From Dicyema japonicum (taxonomy: Eukaryota > Animalia > Dicyemida): a stretch of 64,000 nt of DNA. The stretch lies in the NCBI GenBank assembly GCA_011109175.1, contig RDEW01000039.1, positions 279,681 through 343,680 on the forward strand. The letters are read 5' to 3'. Shown here one piece after another: positions 1 through 11,755 of this stretch (within the stretch, counting starts at the first letter, position 1; each line of letters starts with the position of its first letter). Below the pieces are notes generated by a model that saw only the letters and a program-made list of their open reading frames with translations, had not been told where the DNA came from and made no database searches. The position numbers were made by a program, and so were the translations under genes.

Positions 1-649
1 TGAGCGGGATACGGCAACTTTGGTGAATGAAGGGTACATCACCGCAGAATCTGGATACCAGGTGTTTGTGAGGAATATTATCTCGGTTTTTTTCCGTTTT
101 TACTTTAGGATATTCGGAATAAACGGAAACACGCCCTTGTACGACGGAAGGAGATCTCCCACATAAAGATGACTCTGAAGGACCTGGAGTCTAAGAGACA
201 GTTTAAGTTGGAGCAGTTGGATTACTACAATAAGTACATTCAAGCAATTTTGGAGTCCCAGCCAAAGAGGCTCAAAAAGTGGGGTTTTGGTGATGATTCC
301 ACAGAAACGTGTTTTCACGTGCTCGGAAACCGAAGCTGAAGTATGTGGGGACCAAGCTGTGGGAGAAGGGAGTGCTGATGTCCGTGAGTGGAATCGTTGA
401 GAGAGAGTAAGATGTTGTGTTAGATGCAGTTTCAAAAAGCTGCAGATTGTGATTGAAGAAGGAGAGGAGGCTGGGAGCTTTACGGTAACACCGCTGTATT
501 TGGGGGTGGCTATGAAAGTGACGGGGTTTACGTTTCAGAACCTGTTGGAGTTGCAGAGAGGAGGCATTGGGACTATTTTGTTGGATAGGGCGACTTGTAA
601 TGTTAATTTGTTGATTCACCTAATCAACAAAAAAATTTATTCCAATTGA
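1..649 (+). CDS. IQGAP: IQGAP-family scaffold protein, 3' end (RasGAP C-terminal region); 5' part lies outside the window
   Basis: Removing GT-AG introns 86-108 (23 nt), 279-304 (26 nt) and 407-429 (23 nt) gives one open frame: ...ESGYQVFVRNIIS-DIRNKRKH...EQLDYYNKYIQ...KLKYVGTKLWEKGVL...FQNLLELQ...CNVNLLIHLINKKIYSN*. This matches the IQGAP C-terminus I recall (DIRNQR, EQVDYY, KLHEKGVL, VNVNLLIFLLNKKFY). Confidence 0.92.
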
Positions 650-2730
650 TTTTTGATAAAATTAATGGTTTTTTGGTTCATTTTCACTTTTTTTATTTTC
701 ATTAGTTTATTAGGCACTGGGAACAAATAAAAAACCAGATGCCAAGAGAATGTGAGCATTGTTCGAGTGATGTCAATTTCTTATAGAAGAGCACTCAGCT
801 CCGTTCATCCGAATTAAGACTCGAGTGGTGTATTTTTGAGTATTTCTTTTCTGAAGTTCACTGTTCCGTTACTCTATGCTTTTTTCTTGATGGCCACAAA
901 CTTATGGAATTAGTCCATGAGATGTACATGAATTAATACCGAAAATTTGATAACCCTAGTTCTTTATAATGTTGATTGATATTTTAGAAAAGTTAGAAAC
1001 CTCATTAGGTCACTTGGATTTAGGATATCAGTCGAATATTGTTTAAGTTAGTGGGAGTAACTACATACTAATACCACAGCTACTTTAATATAGCACCAAT
1101 TTATGATATGCTGTCAGGAGACACACAGGTTCTGTATTACTTTTAGGATAATTGACCCCACTTTCTCCAAAAGCAGGTGACCCCCATGAAAACCATGGAA
1201 TGCAGAACGGGGAAGTTGAAAGCAGACTTGATTGATTCCACAGAAAACAGCTGAGAAAATAAAAATTTAAAGATAACCTAAAAGCTTTGTGTAATTACAT
1301 CCACCTCAGGATTACTCAGAATTTTTTTAATATTTTTAACCACGTGGTGCTGCCCGTTTGGAAACCTGTATTAAAGATTAAAGTAGCGAGTTTTGAAAAT
1401 TATCATTGAAAGTCACGTGTCATGATAAAGTTGACAGGCATTACTTATCAAAGAATTTCCAGAACTTAAAGTCTTATTATCTGGTTCTCTGGAACGTTAA
1501 GGTCCCGACAAGTATGCCAGTCATAAAGGGCCACCTTCGTGCAAGTGCGTACCCCAAAGAGCTTATTTTACGTTTAAAACGCGATTAAAAGGGGATCCGA
1601 CAATCAACTAGGACTGTGCTGCATGGGGGACAAACAAAAGAAGATCGAAGACTTTTTATAACAACAGTAGACTTTAAACAACAGTCAACAGAAACTATAA
1701 GGTTGTCCACTTGGCTGTTGATACAACTCCTTTCGAGGTACTTGTGAGAATTGTGGCACTAATGGCACCTTAAAAGTGCTAATTTGTCGTTGAATCTTGG
1801 TTAATTAATCAAGGGCTTGATAGCTATCATCAGTGGAGTTGGTGACATACCTAGATTCCAAAAAATGTATACTTGACCTTCTCGTGAACATGGACTAAGT
1901 GATGGACTTGGGAGACATCGGAAAACAAATTCTGAACAAAGGAAGTGTCAGAGCTGTAGGACCTTAGAGGATCATTTGTCTTGTATGATCTTTAGGATCA
2001 GAATGATAGTAAACTTGATTCTATGTATGCTGATGATAGTCTCCTTAACAACGGATTATGGCGTCTGAACTCATTACTTATTTATCCCCTGTCCCTTTGA
2101 GAGAAAGAAATTGATGGCTATCAAGAATGTCCAGCCAAGAGCGGACACTCCCAGAGATCTGACAGGTGTGTTTTGTTATGTACAGAACTCGGAGGCGAAC
2201 CTGGACAAGAGAAGAGGTCTTCATGTCGTCAAGAAGGCTTGACGGACAAAGTGGAGAGGACGATTAACTAATTCGTATAAATATGTGACCCCCATTGTCC
2301 ACATCTTGTTTCTTCCTATGACTTGTCCTAGAGTTCTATATTAATTTCCATAAAAGAAGGGGTTCTTGTCTCGTACCTTGGGTAGGACTACATGTGGGAC
2401 CTGACTTGACAAAACTTGAGGATATTTTCACAGTTTTAAGGAAAATTGTTGAATGTTGTTCGAGTGATCTATCATTTGACAGTATTCAACGTTAGGTGCT
2501 TGTCTCGTAAGATAGAGAATACTTTCAATCACAGCTTTATCAGGAAGCTAAGTCACGAAAACGCCTTCACTGAATGATTTGTGGAGTGGGGGAGAGCAAG
2601 TGTTATATTTTGCTAGGGCGATTTTTGTTAATAAAGTTTAAAAATGTTTAAAACTTATAAAAATGTAGTTTTTAAAATATTATATAAATCAAAAGTTATA
2701 AAGTCAAAAAAGTCAAAATTTTGTGTAATT

Positions 2731-3825
2731 GAAATTATTTTCAAAGACCACAGTTAAAGACAAAAACAAGAAATTATGTGATCCCGGCGAATTTCGATAG
2801 GGGTCTTAGCTTGGCCCGGTGGTCTTCCCTCGATCCAACACAAGCACGCAGTGGACGATTGATCCTCTGGTATCGTTGAGTTTGGCCTCCTTTTTTTCTT
2901 ATTAGGTCTTCCAAGGGGGTAGGTGTAGAATTTAGATCGACTTTGATCCAGTTTTCTATCACGGAAAACGCTCTTTTTTGGGTTGCCGCAATTCTCTGGG
3001 AATTCGTCCATGAAATCGTACTGGCTGTATAGTGATTTCAGAAAGGGATGACTTCTAATCTTCTATAAACCAGATCCCCTTCAAGAGGTTGATTTTTTTC
3101 ACATTTGTTTAAAATATCTCCCACGTGGGGCGAGAAAGTCATATGGGTGTCGAATACTACTCCCAGGATCTTCTGCCATTTTGGGATGACAACTTACTTC
3201 CAGCTGCTTCTATATCCACTTTCCTGTTAAATATTCTTTTATCAGAGGTAAGAAGAGACATAGTGAGGGGATCGCATTTTCCCTTAAAGACCAATTATAG
3301 ATCTTTGTAAGGATTATGATCCCCGCCGTCCAAAATTTTTCAGCAGGATAACAGGGATTCCATCTGGGTCGTAAGAATAGGTAGTCTTTGTATTGAGCAG
3401 TGCTTCTTTTACATCCGTTTCTGAAAAGTAGGAAGATAAGCGGTCCCTCTTTGGTTTTTCCAAAGGAAGTTGACCTGTCTTGATCTTCCGTTTCTCTTTA
3501 TGGGCAATTTTCACATAATACTTCATAATGGAATTCAAATACTTCTGGCTGTATTCCGATTCGTCGTTGGTCAATCACAACCCTTGATATGTCCCGAATG
3601 ATTTTCCATACTTGGGCAGTTGTCTGATTTCGGTTCAAATCTGTGAGAACTCGTGACCATTTCGCTTTCTGTATCTTAAGTTCTTTGCCTTTATATTTTC
3701 ATTCAGTGCTTTCAGTCGGAGTTTTGCCTTTTTGAGGATATTTCTTTTCTTGACCAAAGCCATCTTTCCAAAGCCTCGTGTGTAGCAGGTGTGTCTTATT
3801 GGGACAGCCATTTCTCCTGCAGAAT
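2731..3825 (-). mobile_element. LINE fragments (CR1/Jockey-type RT N-terminus plus a LINE 3' end) nested in the hAT-like element
   Basis: Peptide VKEALLNTKTTYSYDPDGIPVILLK resembles the pre-RT SPGPDGIP region. The ORF end ACVGSREDHRAKLRPLSKFAGIT* recurs at 38904-39030. The hAT left-end sequence resumes at ~3826. Confidence 0.5.
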
Positions 3826-4419
3826 GGTAATGTCAAAAAAGTCAAAATTTAATTTATGTCAATAAAGTCAAAATTATTATTTTTATTTGATTTTTGATTT
3901 TTTTAATTATCGAGTTTTTAAATAAAATAATAGCGTGGAATCAATTACACTGCTAGTGCGTGCTGGGATCACGTGATTAGTTAGTTTGTCTAACCGTGGT
4001 CTTTGGTGTTCTTATTATTCACTGTGGTGCGTTCAATCAAGAATGACACTGAAAAGAATAAGTCTGTTGTTAGAAAATATGCCAGTGAATTTTCTATCAA
4101 TTCACAAGGAAATCTCTTTTGTAATTTATGTGGACATGTAACTGCAAAAAACAATTTTTATGAATCACATCAATCGTCTAAGAAACATATCAAATTAGCA
4201 GGTTTATTATTTTATTACTATTTTACAGGTGTCAAATATTGCAAACTGATTTTTTAAGGCTTTTGTCGAATCCGATTTTCCTTTGCATAATTTGAACAGT
4301 AACAGCTTACGAGACTTGTTTGAGAGTATTGGACATAATCTTCCATCTACTTACGCTTGCCGAAAAAGTGTAGAAAATTTATGCCAGAAGCAGCTTGACA
4401 GAATTAAGCTATTTTGAGT

Positions 4420-4640
4420 TTTATTGTCACCCCGTGCTATGGAGACTTCCGTATCCCACTCCCCATCTACACTAGAGTTTTTCGGACGTCTTGGAAACCG
4501 GATCACCTCATGCACTGGAGAAATCCTGAACGCCGCAGGCTATTTGAGCGAATTTCGCTCGCAATTCTGAGAGGAAACAACCACGCAGTGAGGTCGGCAA
4601 CTAACTTATGTTTTGATCAAATTAACATTTTATTTATTAT
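4420..4640 (+). mobile_element. 3' end of a CRE-clade non-LTR retrotransposon
   Basis: LFERISLAILRGNNHAV matches the CRE C-terminal signature (QRISLAIQRGNA) also seen at 25250. Confidence 0.6.
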
Positions 4641-5199
4641 TGATCTGAAAAAAATTTTTTGATTGACGAAACTGATATCCGGGGACAGAAATATGTCAAC
4701 ACTCTCAAGCAAGAATTTCTGATCCCAATAAAATATTTTTAATATCTTGTCGCCCATTGTCTTCTGCGGCTAACTCTTCGATTATCTGTCAGATAATTGA
4801 CAATGTTCTAAGGGATTTTGCGATAGATCGCTAGGCGCTGTTGTACACATTCAGAAATTGCATTTCGGGACGATTTATGTTGAATCGGGAAGTACTGAAA
4901 TCAAGAATTATTTGTTAAGTGGAAAAACAACATATTTTTTTTTGTATACAACTATCTGAAAAAGTGTTTTTCCATATCATTATGTCTTTAATAAATTAAA
5001 AAAAAAAGTCAATTTTTAGGTCAAAATTTCTGATTTATAAAGTCAAAATAAAAATCGACCTAATTTTAACCTACCACGATAATATTTTAGACAATCCACG
5101 TGTAATAAAGATAAGTGATCTAAACAAAATCATGAAAATAACACGTGCGAATTTTATTTCGTCACGTCAATTAATCGGAACATCGTTACGACCACTTTG

Positions 5200-5720
5200 A
5201 TGTTTTCCGACAAACGTATCCTGATGCTTGGAAGGTCAAAAGATACACCCTTCTCTTAAAGAGACATCAATCCTATTCACCTAAACTAATATCTCAAAAG
5301 CTCATTCTGAAACTGAATCGACTCCCTGTAGTTCCTTTTCAACACGAATTCGAAAATTGTATCTCAACCTTAACAAAATTCACCCTGAAGGTCTCCAATG
5401 CAAACCGAGGATCATAAGATGCTTTGCTGGTAAGGCTTTAGGCTCATTTCGAAAGCAAATTGAAGATCGAATTGGGAACTTCATAAGCGTACTGAGAAGA
5501 ATTCCATCTAAACGTCGGGTACAAGGATCTCCCTTCTCATCTCATTTACACATTTATTCCTTTCTGACTTGGCAATTGAAAGAAAAAGCTTTGATTCTTT
5601 CCTATACTGAGGACATAATCCTCGGATCCAGAAATCGATGCTTACAGACAGACACCCGAGGATCTGAAAAATCGTTTAATCAGTTGATTGGATATAAAAA
5701 TTCAAGTCACTTTTGACTCC
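5200..5720 (+). mobile_element. Degenerate LINE reverse-transcriptase remnant
   Basis: RVQGSPFSSHL and ILSYTEDII correspond to decayed GVPQGSPLSP and YADD motifs. Confidence 0.45.
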
Positions 5721-6059
5721 CCCACGAGCTTCAGACAGTACACGTGACCGTGTTACTGTCTAGCTAAAAAAAACTAAATTTTGTTGAAGAAATTAATTAG
5801 AGCGGCCATTGAGTTGGCGGTAGGGTAGAAGTTATGCGACGCGCTGGCGATAGGAGGATTAATTGCTTTAACTGATTAAGTGCGTACTGAAGGAGAGGAT
5901 CAATGGTTTCATTGTGAGAACCAACTGAGTTGAAGAGAGATCTGGGAAGAGATCAAGCCACGTGGCAGGACAACAGTACAACAATAAAGTATTATTTAAA
6001 ATTAGTTTATTTTTTAACGAAAATAAATAAATCAAATTAAACGTCTACTCGAGGGAGAC

Positions 6060-7050
6060 ACCTCTATCACTACTTAGCTTCATGGTGGATGAAAGCATTT
6101 GTCTTCCTTCATGTGAACACGGACGAGGTGACGGACTCAGATGTCAGAAACTCGAAGTTGAGAATAAGGGAGTTTTGGATTCTCTAAGGTCCGGGTTTTA
6201 ATCTCGGCCAACTTAGAGGACGTCCGCCTTCCATTATTGTCAGATGCTGCCCACACTCCTGTAACACAGTGAATCATGTCCCGATAGACTGCAAATCCGA
6301 GACCACAAAGATCGGCAGTAAAAAGGTAGAATTTGCCAAACTGTTCTGTACATTGTAGGGTCGTTTTGTCTCTTATAGACAGCAGACAGAGACGTCGTAT
6401 TTTGTTAGATCGCATGCCAGTTGGTGTTTCTTGTAAGGTTGTTTAAGTCCTCTGCAATTAAAAGATCCCAGAGTGAAAGAAGTCGGTAAGGAATACGAAT
6501 AAGACATGTGCAATAGAGTGTGAGGAGCTGCTACTATCAGGAATAGCGGAACCAACACAGGTCGCTTCCAGAGATCCTTTACTTCAAATAGAATAATCAA
6601 GAGCAAACAACAAGATCTCAAACTTATCTTCAAATAGAATAATCCAGGAAAAATCTAGAAAAAGTACCGAAAACTATAAAGGACTTGCTGTCTCCATTAA
6701 TTGGAAGTCCCAAGAAGTTTTATCTTGCATGGAAGACTCAACCCCATTTCAGACCCTTCATTACATGTTAGCGTCTGGCAGAAACACTAACCAACATAAA
6801 TTATGTGGAATCCAGAGAGAAAACATCAAACATTGTTCATGGATTCTAAGAAAGGGCTACTGAGTTGGGTTAAGTAATAACATGTCTTTGGTTCCTGTAA
6901 CTAGATGTGGGACTTTAAAGGAATTCCTTGATGATTCTGAATTGTTAAGGTTAGTGCTTATGGATATGCTTTCTTCGAACTGGGGATTTCTAACATGCAT
7001 GGATGAGATGGAAAAAAGGGTGAAGAACAGTTAGACGCTAAAACCACGTG
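6060..7050 (-). mobile_element. RTE-type LINE remnant (AP endonuclease and linker)
   Basis: LGSFNCRGLKQPYKKHQLACDLTKYDVSVCCL(QET) is an APE N-terminus similar to the element at 22620-22817. Confidence 0.6.
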
Positions 7051-8050
7051 CCACATTCTATCTATTAATGATATTTATCCCTTCACTCACTGAAAAGTTC
7101 TAATTTTGACTGTTTTCTGAGGAGAAAACGTGTGAATGATAAAACGAAGTTATACAGCTAAAAGTGCTTAAAATTACTGACAAATTAGGGGGAATACATG
7201 GTCGTCGAGTGAACCCGGTCTCCTTAAGTAGCCATCTCACCTTTACTCGGTGTTCGTCCCGAGATCTGGCACACTTTCTGTGTGCAAGTGTTACTTATGA
7301 AAACATTGAAATATCCGCTACGTAAAAATTTGAGAACGACATAAGAAACGATCCCCTGGATGGGGAATACAGAATAGACTTTTTGATGCAATCCTTGTAG
7401 TTAGTACCATTTGAGATAAGTGAACCATCATAACGTGTCACACTAATCAACTTTTCGAGTGTTACAGGAGAGTTATATTTTTTCAGTCGCTTGTGCCACC
7501 CCCGGATTATTTGGCCTGTTAGATTCTTCTACGTTCTTTTCGATGTTGCGATTTTTCGGAGGCTGTATTAATCGCCTGAGTCATCTAATACAACTTTGAC
7601 ATGCCTTAGGTCGTTATTCATCATCTATGGCATTTGTTGTTGTTTACCTATTTAAGTTCCTGGGTATCTCAGCCATTATTATTAATAAATTGTTCCAAGG
7701 ACCAAGGGTAAAACCAAACTAAATAAATCGTTGATCCTGACACGCTCCTGCAGAACCCTCATCTAAGCACAGTTATCCAGAGGGAGTTGTCGGGGGAGCT
7801 GAGGTCAATTCCAGAAGTCGTCGACAGAGATCAAAATTATCTACCGGTAGAATGAACAGATGGATCATTTTGAATACAAGCAAGGTATTGTGCGTCTCCT
7901 GAGTAGGATGCATCCAATGACGCCACTAGAGGGAAACCATTTAGATTTTATCTTAGAGAATTTAAATTGCATATTATTAAGATTTATATTATTCACTTAA
8001 TATTGAAATAATTTTTAACATTAAAATATTTAATAATTGGCACCATAGCA

Positions 8051-11000
8051 ATGGGGCTGTCTGTCTGGAACGATAAATTCGTGCAACGTCCTCCAAACTA
8101 TAAATGGCACATGGGCGGAAGACTCAAAGAACTCAGAATAAGGAATAACATTAACTTATATTTAGATTCCTCGCGAGAAAATACACTAAATTATGGAAGA
8201 GAAAGACTTTCGGGGGATTACTTTTTACAGAGGCATCACACTATAAAAATACCAAAATTTGCCGCCAAATGTTTAAACATTGGCGCCATTTTATTCTATT
8301 GAAAAGATCTGAAGTGGTTAATAAGTAAGAATGTTAATTAAAATCAAGAAAGAGACTTTACAAGTTTGGATTTTCCGCCTGGAAAAAACTCAAGGAATTA
8401 AAAAAGCAAAATGAAATAACAGAAAAAGAAAAAATTAGAAGAGACAAGCAGGATACTTTCAAAATTTGGAAAGAAACATACGACCTAAGCAATTATTTAA
8501 AAAATAAGAAAGAAATTCTAACTAAATTACACAAAAAGTATATTCTGAGTAATATGTAGACAAATGTTCATAAAATGGCTGGAAAACTTTGGTCAGGTAG
8601 TAAAGGATAGAGTAAACACTCACAGAGCAGTCAAATATCACCTAAATGCCAATTTAAAGAAGGTAAATTTAAAATTTTATAAGACTTTTGAGTGCTGGAG
8701 GACTGTGGTAGCTACGAAAAAGGACCGTTGTCAAAAAGAAGATAAAGTTAGAACAAAACACGACAAGAAGCTAGTTTTGGATGGATTTATCTGCTGGAAG
8801 TTATTCCATACTCTGGAAAGTGCCAAAATTGGTTGGTAGTCAGATAATTTTAACAAATTAGGCAAGGCTACAAGAATCGTAAATCTTAAATTAATTAAGA
8901 ATTTATTTGATTGTTGGTTAACCACTCTAAAACAAAAAGAAAAATTACAAAAGTCAATAATAAAGATAGAACATTCAATGAAAAAATCAATTAGGCGAAA
9001 AATTCTGTTAATTTGGGTGTACAAGCTGGAGCTCTCCCTGGACTTCAAACACGATCCTAATACTGAAGCCACTCTCCTTCATCACCAACAAGCACGTGCT
9101 CTTGTTAACAGAAATTTAAAAACTTCCTTTTTTGGCCGCCTAAAGAACAAATACGATTCTTTGGAGAATCACCGAGTAGGACGATCTATTAATGATAGAA
9201 ACAAATGGAGTATGCTGTGAGAAGGGAAGCTATGGTTTGTTTGTCGAAGACGTTCGATTGGTGGAGAAAATATACAGCATGGAAAAAACGGAAGAAGGAG
9301 TTTAAAATGAAAGCGGAGGAAAATTTAAAGTTAGGCGGGAAAAATAATTCATAGAGTTGCGCGATGTGGGACAATTTACTTCAGATGGAAAGAAATGAAT
9401 GTTCTGAGCAAAAACCTCGGGATTTTAGAACGAATGGTAAACGCAACTTTATATTTAAAGATCAAACTTGAAAAGATCAACAAAAACAAGCGAGACGTAT
9501 TTTTTGAATGGGACAAAAAGGCACGTGCTAAAATTAAGGAAAAAATATTTTGGGTATATTTTCGTTTATTTTTAGGAAAAAGCAGCCAGATTTGATGAAT
9601 TTAAGATTCTGACTAAATTTATGACTATTTGGAAGAAATTTATCTCAGACAAACGATTTCTCTTAAAAAATGAGCAGATTATATCCCAAAATCACTTAAA
9701 TCTCCAAAGATCCTTCTTTTTTAAGGCCTGGAAAGATGTTAGAGTTGTTTAACTAATTGCAGACGCATCGTACTAAAAATGACAGAAGATTGTTGATGAC
9801 ATACCACAATGAAGAGTTTTCCCAATTTAAATTTAAATTTTTATTTAAATTGTGGCGGGAAAAATTGTCAAAAAATAATTTTCTACGTGGGAAATTTGCA
9901 ATTTTGAGTAAAGCAGAAAATAAATATTTATTAACGTACCAAATTATATATATTATAGAAAATATTTTAACATTATTAAAGTCCACCATAACTACATCTT
10001 TTTCATTCATAAATGTGTAATGCTGACGCTTTACTATATAAAACATTCAATTTGCTGAGAAGCGTAGTAAAGGAATGGAGTCTGCAAAGCAAATACAAGG
10101 CAAATTTAAGAATTTCTAAAGGAATAATTTATAAATCAGCTAATAAGTTGATTGAGAAATGTATTTTTGAATAATTTACCTTTAGTTAGAAAAATAAAAG
10201 TTTTTAATGATTGGAAAACTTGCCTCAAAAATAAAATAAATTTAAATAAGGCGGCAAAATTCTACCGTTTAAAAGTTGAGGTGGTGACTTTTAAAAGGAT
10301 ATTACAAAACAAACAAAGTTCGCTCCACAAAAAGGTAACAAGTAACAAACTAACAAATTAGGCATTGAAAAGAAAAGGTGAAGATTTATTCCGGACATTC
10401 CTCCTGCACAAAGCCTTAATTCGGTGGATGTACTCCTATAGCCACAGTGACATACTTAATGCTCGTCATAACGTAGCTTACCACCATTGGGGAACGAGAT
10501 TAGTACATCAGGTGACTCCAATTCGTGACATTTAGACTTTTACTGCTTGGAGAATACACGTGGCCTGCAAAACGGACGAAAAGAGGAAACGAGAAGCAGC
10601 CCAGCTTGACTATTTACGCTGGCTGAGACAGTGCAGTCTAATAAAGTGGACAGACTACGCACAGTCTGTGAAGGCTTGTAGAGAGGAGTTCGTCCTGAAG
10701 GCGAATTTCCATGTCTACCCTTTGGCTGTATCTTAGGCCACTGAAAAGGCGAGAGATTTGGCCGTTAAAACTGTCAAAATTTGGCGCTCAAGAGTATATG
10801 ATAGTAAATCAAACAACAACAAGTTGAAGACAAATTCTAATTATGACATTTCTCCTGCCAAGAACTCACCAATTTGCCAAAGGAAAGACAAAGTCTGATT
10901 ATTGGTGGCAATTTTAGGCGAAGATGAATGATCAAACGGGCAAAATCAAAAATAATTTAAATACTATAAGTTCTGATAAACTGGTGGACGACGATTATAA

Positions 11001-11755
11001 GGAACATGATTCAGTTCTTCCTTTGGAAAAGAGATCAGCTTTGATTGAAGGAAGCAGGGTTATATTTATAGCGGCAATTTTAGGCGAATGTGAATTATTT
11101 GGCAGGAAAATTCGAAAATAATTTCAGCGAAAACTTCAATAAACGTGAAGCTGAGGCTTCTAGGATCTTTAATTTTGCCAATTCTGAGAACAACGAGTCA
11201 TCTATGCTGCTTGGAGAAGACATAGTATCTATTTAGGCGGTATTTTTAGGCGAATTTGAAAGATTTAGCGGGAAAAATAGTCGATAATTCAAACAATACT
11301 CATACTAATGTATTAGAACAAGAAAATTATAAGGAAACTAATTCTGGTGTTTCTGTGATGGAGTCGTCATTTTGTCCGGGTAATAGTAAAGTCTGAGTTT
11401 TCGTGGTATTTTTAGGCGAATATGAATGATTTGGCCGGAAAAATCGGAGATAATTTAAATATAAATGGTTCTTGTGGTGTCCGTTCGAGTAATGATGACT
11501 TGAAGGGAGTAAGGAGAATGTTGTATGTAATAAAAGATAGAAGGAATAAGATTGAGTGACTGTTTGTTTGTATTGTAGTGTGCTTAATAGAATGATTGGA
11601 GAGTTGGAAGGGAGAGTGACTGGGGATGTGATAAGTAAGGTGGGTGTTGTGTGTGATGGTAGATCAATGAACGAGTGGATGTGCTTAGAAGAGAGATTGT
11701 AGATGTTCAATGCAAGTGTAAAATAATGATGCTCAATGTTAAAGAGTTGTCATAA
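8051..11755 (+). CDS. SFI1: SFI1 centrin-binding centriolar protein (multi-exon, several 1-nt frameshifts)
   Basis: Spliced N-terminus ELRIRFLARKYTKLWKRKTFG matches my recollection of vertebrate SFI1 ([21 protein letters not shown]). Many F..W repeats follow; AYHHWGTRLVHQ/FTAWRIHV and LAVKTVKIWRSRV match late SFI1 repeats; a coiled-coil tail ends KELS* at 11755. Introns are mostly 21-30 nt (e.g. 8325-8348, 10893-10917). Confidence 0.85.
10893..11460 (+). repeat. Tandem exon+intron duplication, period exactly 166 bp (25-nt intron + 141-nt exon)
   Basis: Introns at 10893-10917, 11059-11083, 11225-11249 and 11391-11415, all 25 nt and phase 0. Exons 10918-11058, 11084-11224 and 11250-11390 are all 141 nt, each starting A(N/K)xxx(L/Q)(A/T)GK(I/F)xxN. 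Confidence 0.9.

Larger units (their letters stand above)
2614..5062 (+). mobile_element. Degenerate hAT-like DNA transposon with CGGBP1-like transposase, interrupted by nested LINE fragments
   Basis: Imperfect terminal inverted repeats TAGGGCGATTTTT (2614) and AAAAATCGACCTA (5050-5062), with AAGTCAAAA subterminal repeats. Remnant peptides: LFCNLC...HQSSKKH (zinc finger, ~4110-4190), LHNLNSNSLRDLFESIGHNLPSTYACRK (~4280-4370), DETDIRGQKYVN (~4663). Related copies at 31040-31423 (-) and 58115-58560 (+). Confidence 0.65.

Noticed and set aside
100-619. Minus-strand ORFs 100-435 and 272-619
   Set aside because: Antisense shadows of the spliced IQGAP exons.
8731-11710. Minus-strand ORFs 8731-9072, 9753-10046 and 11327-11710
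   Set aside because: Antisense to SFI1; low-complexity translations with no family motifs.
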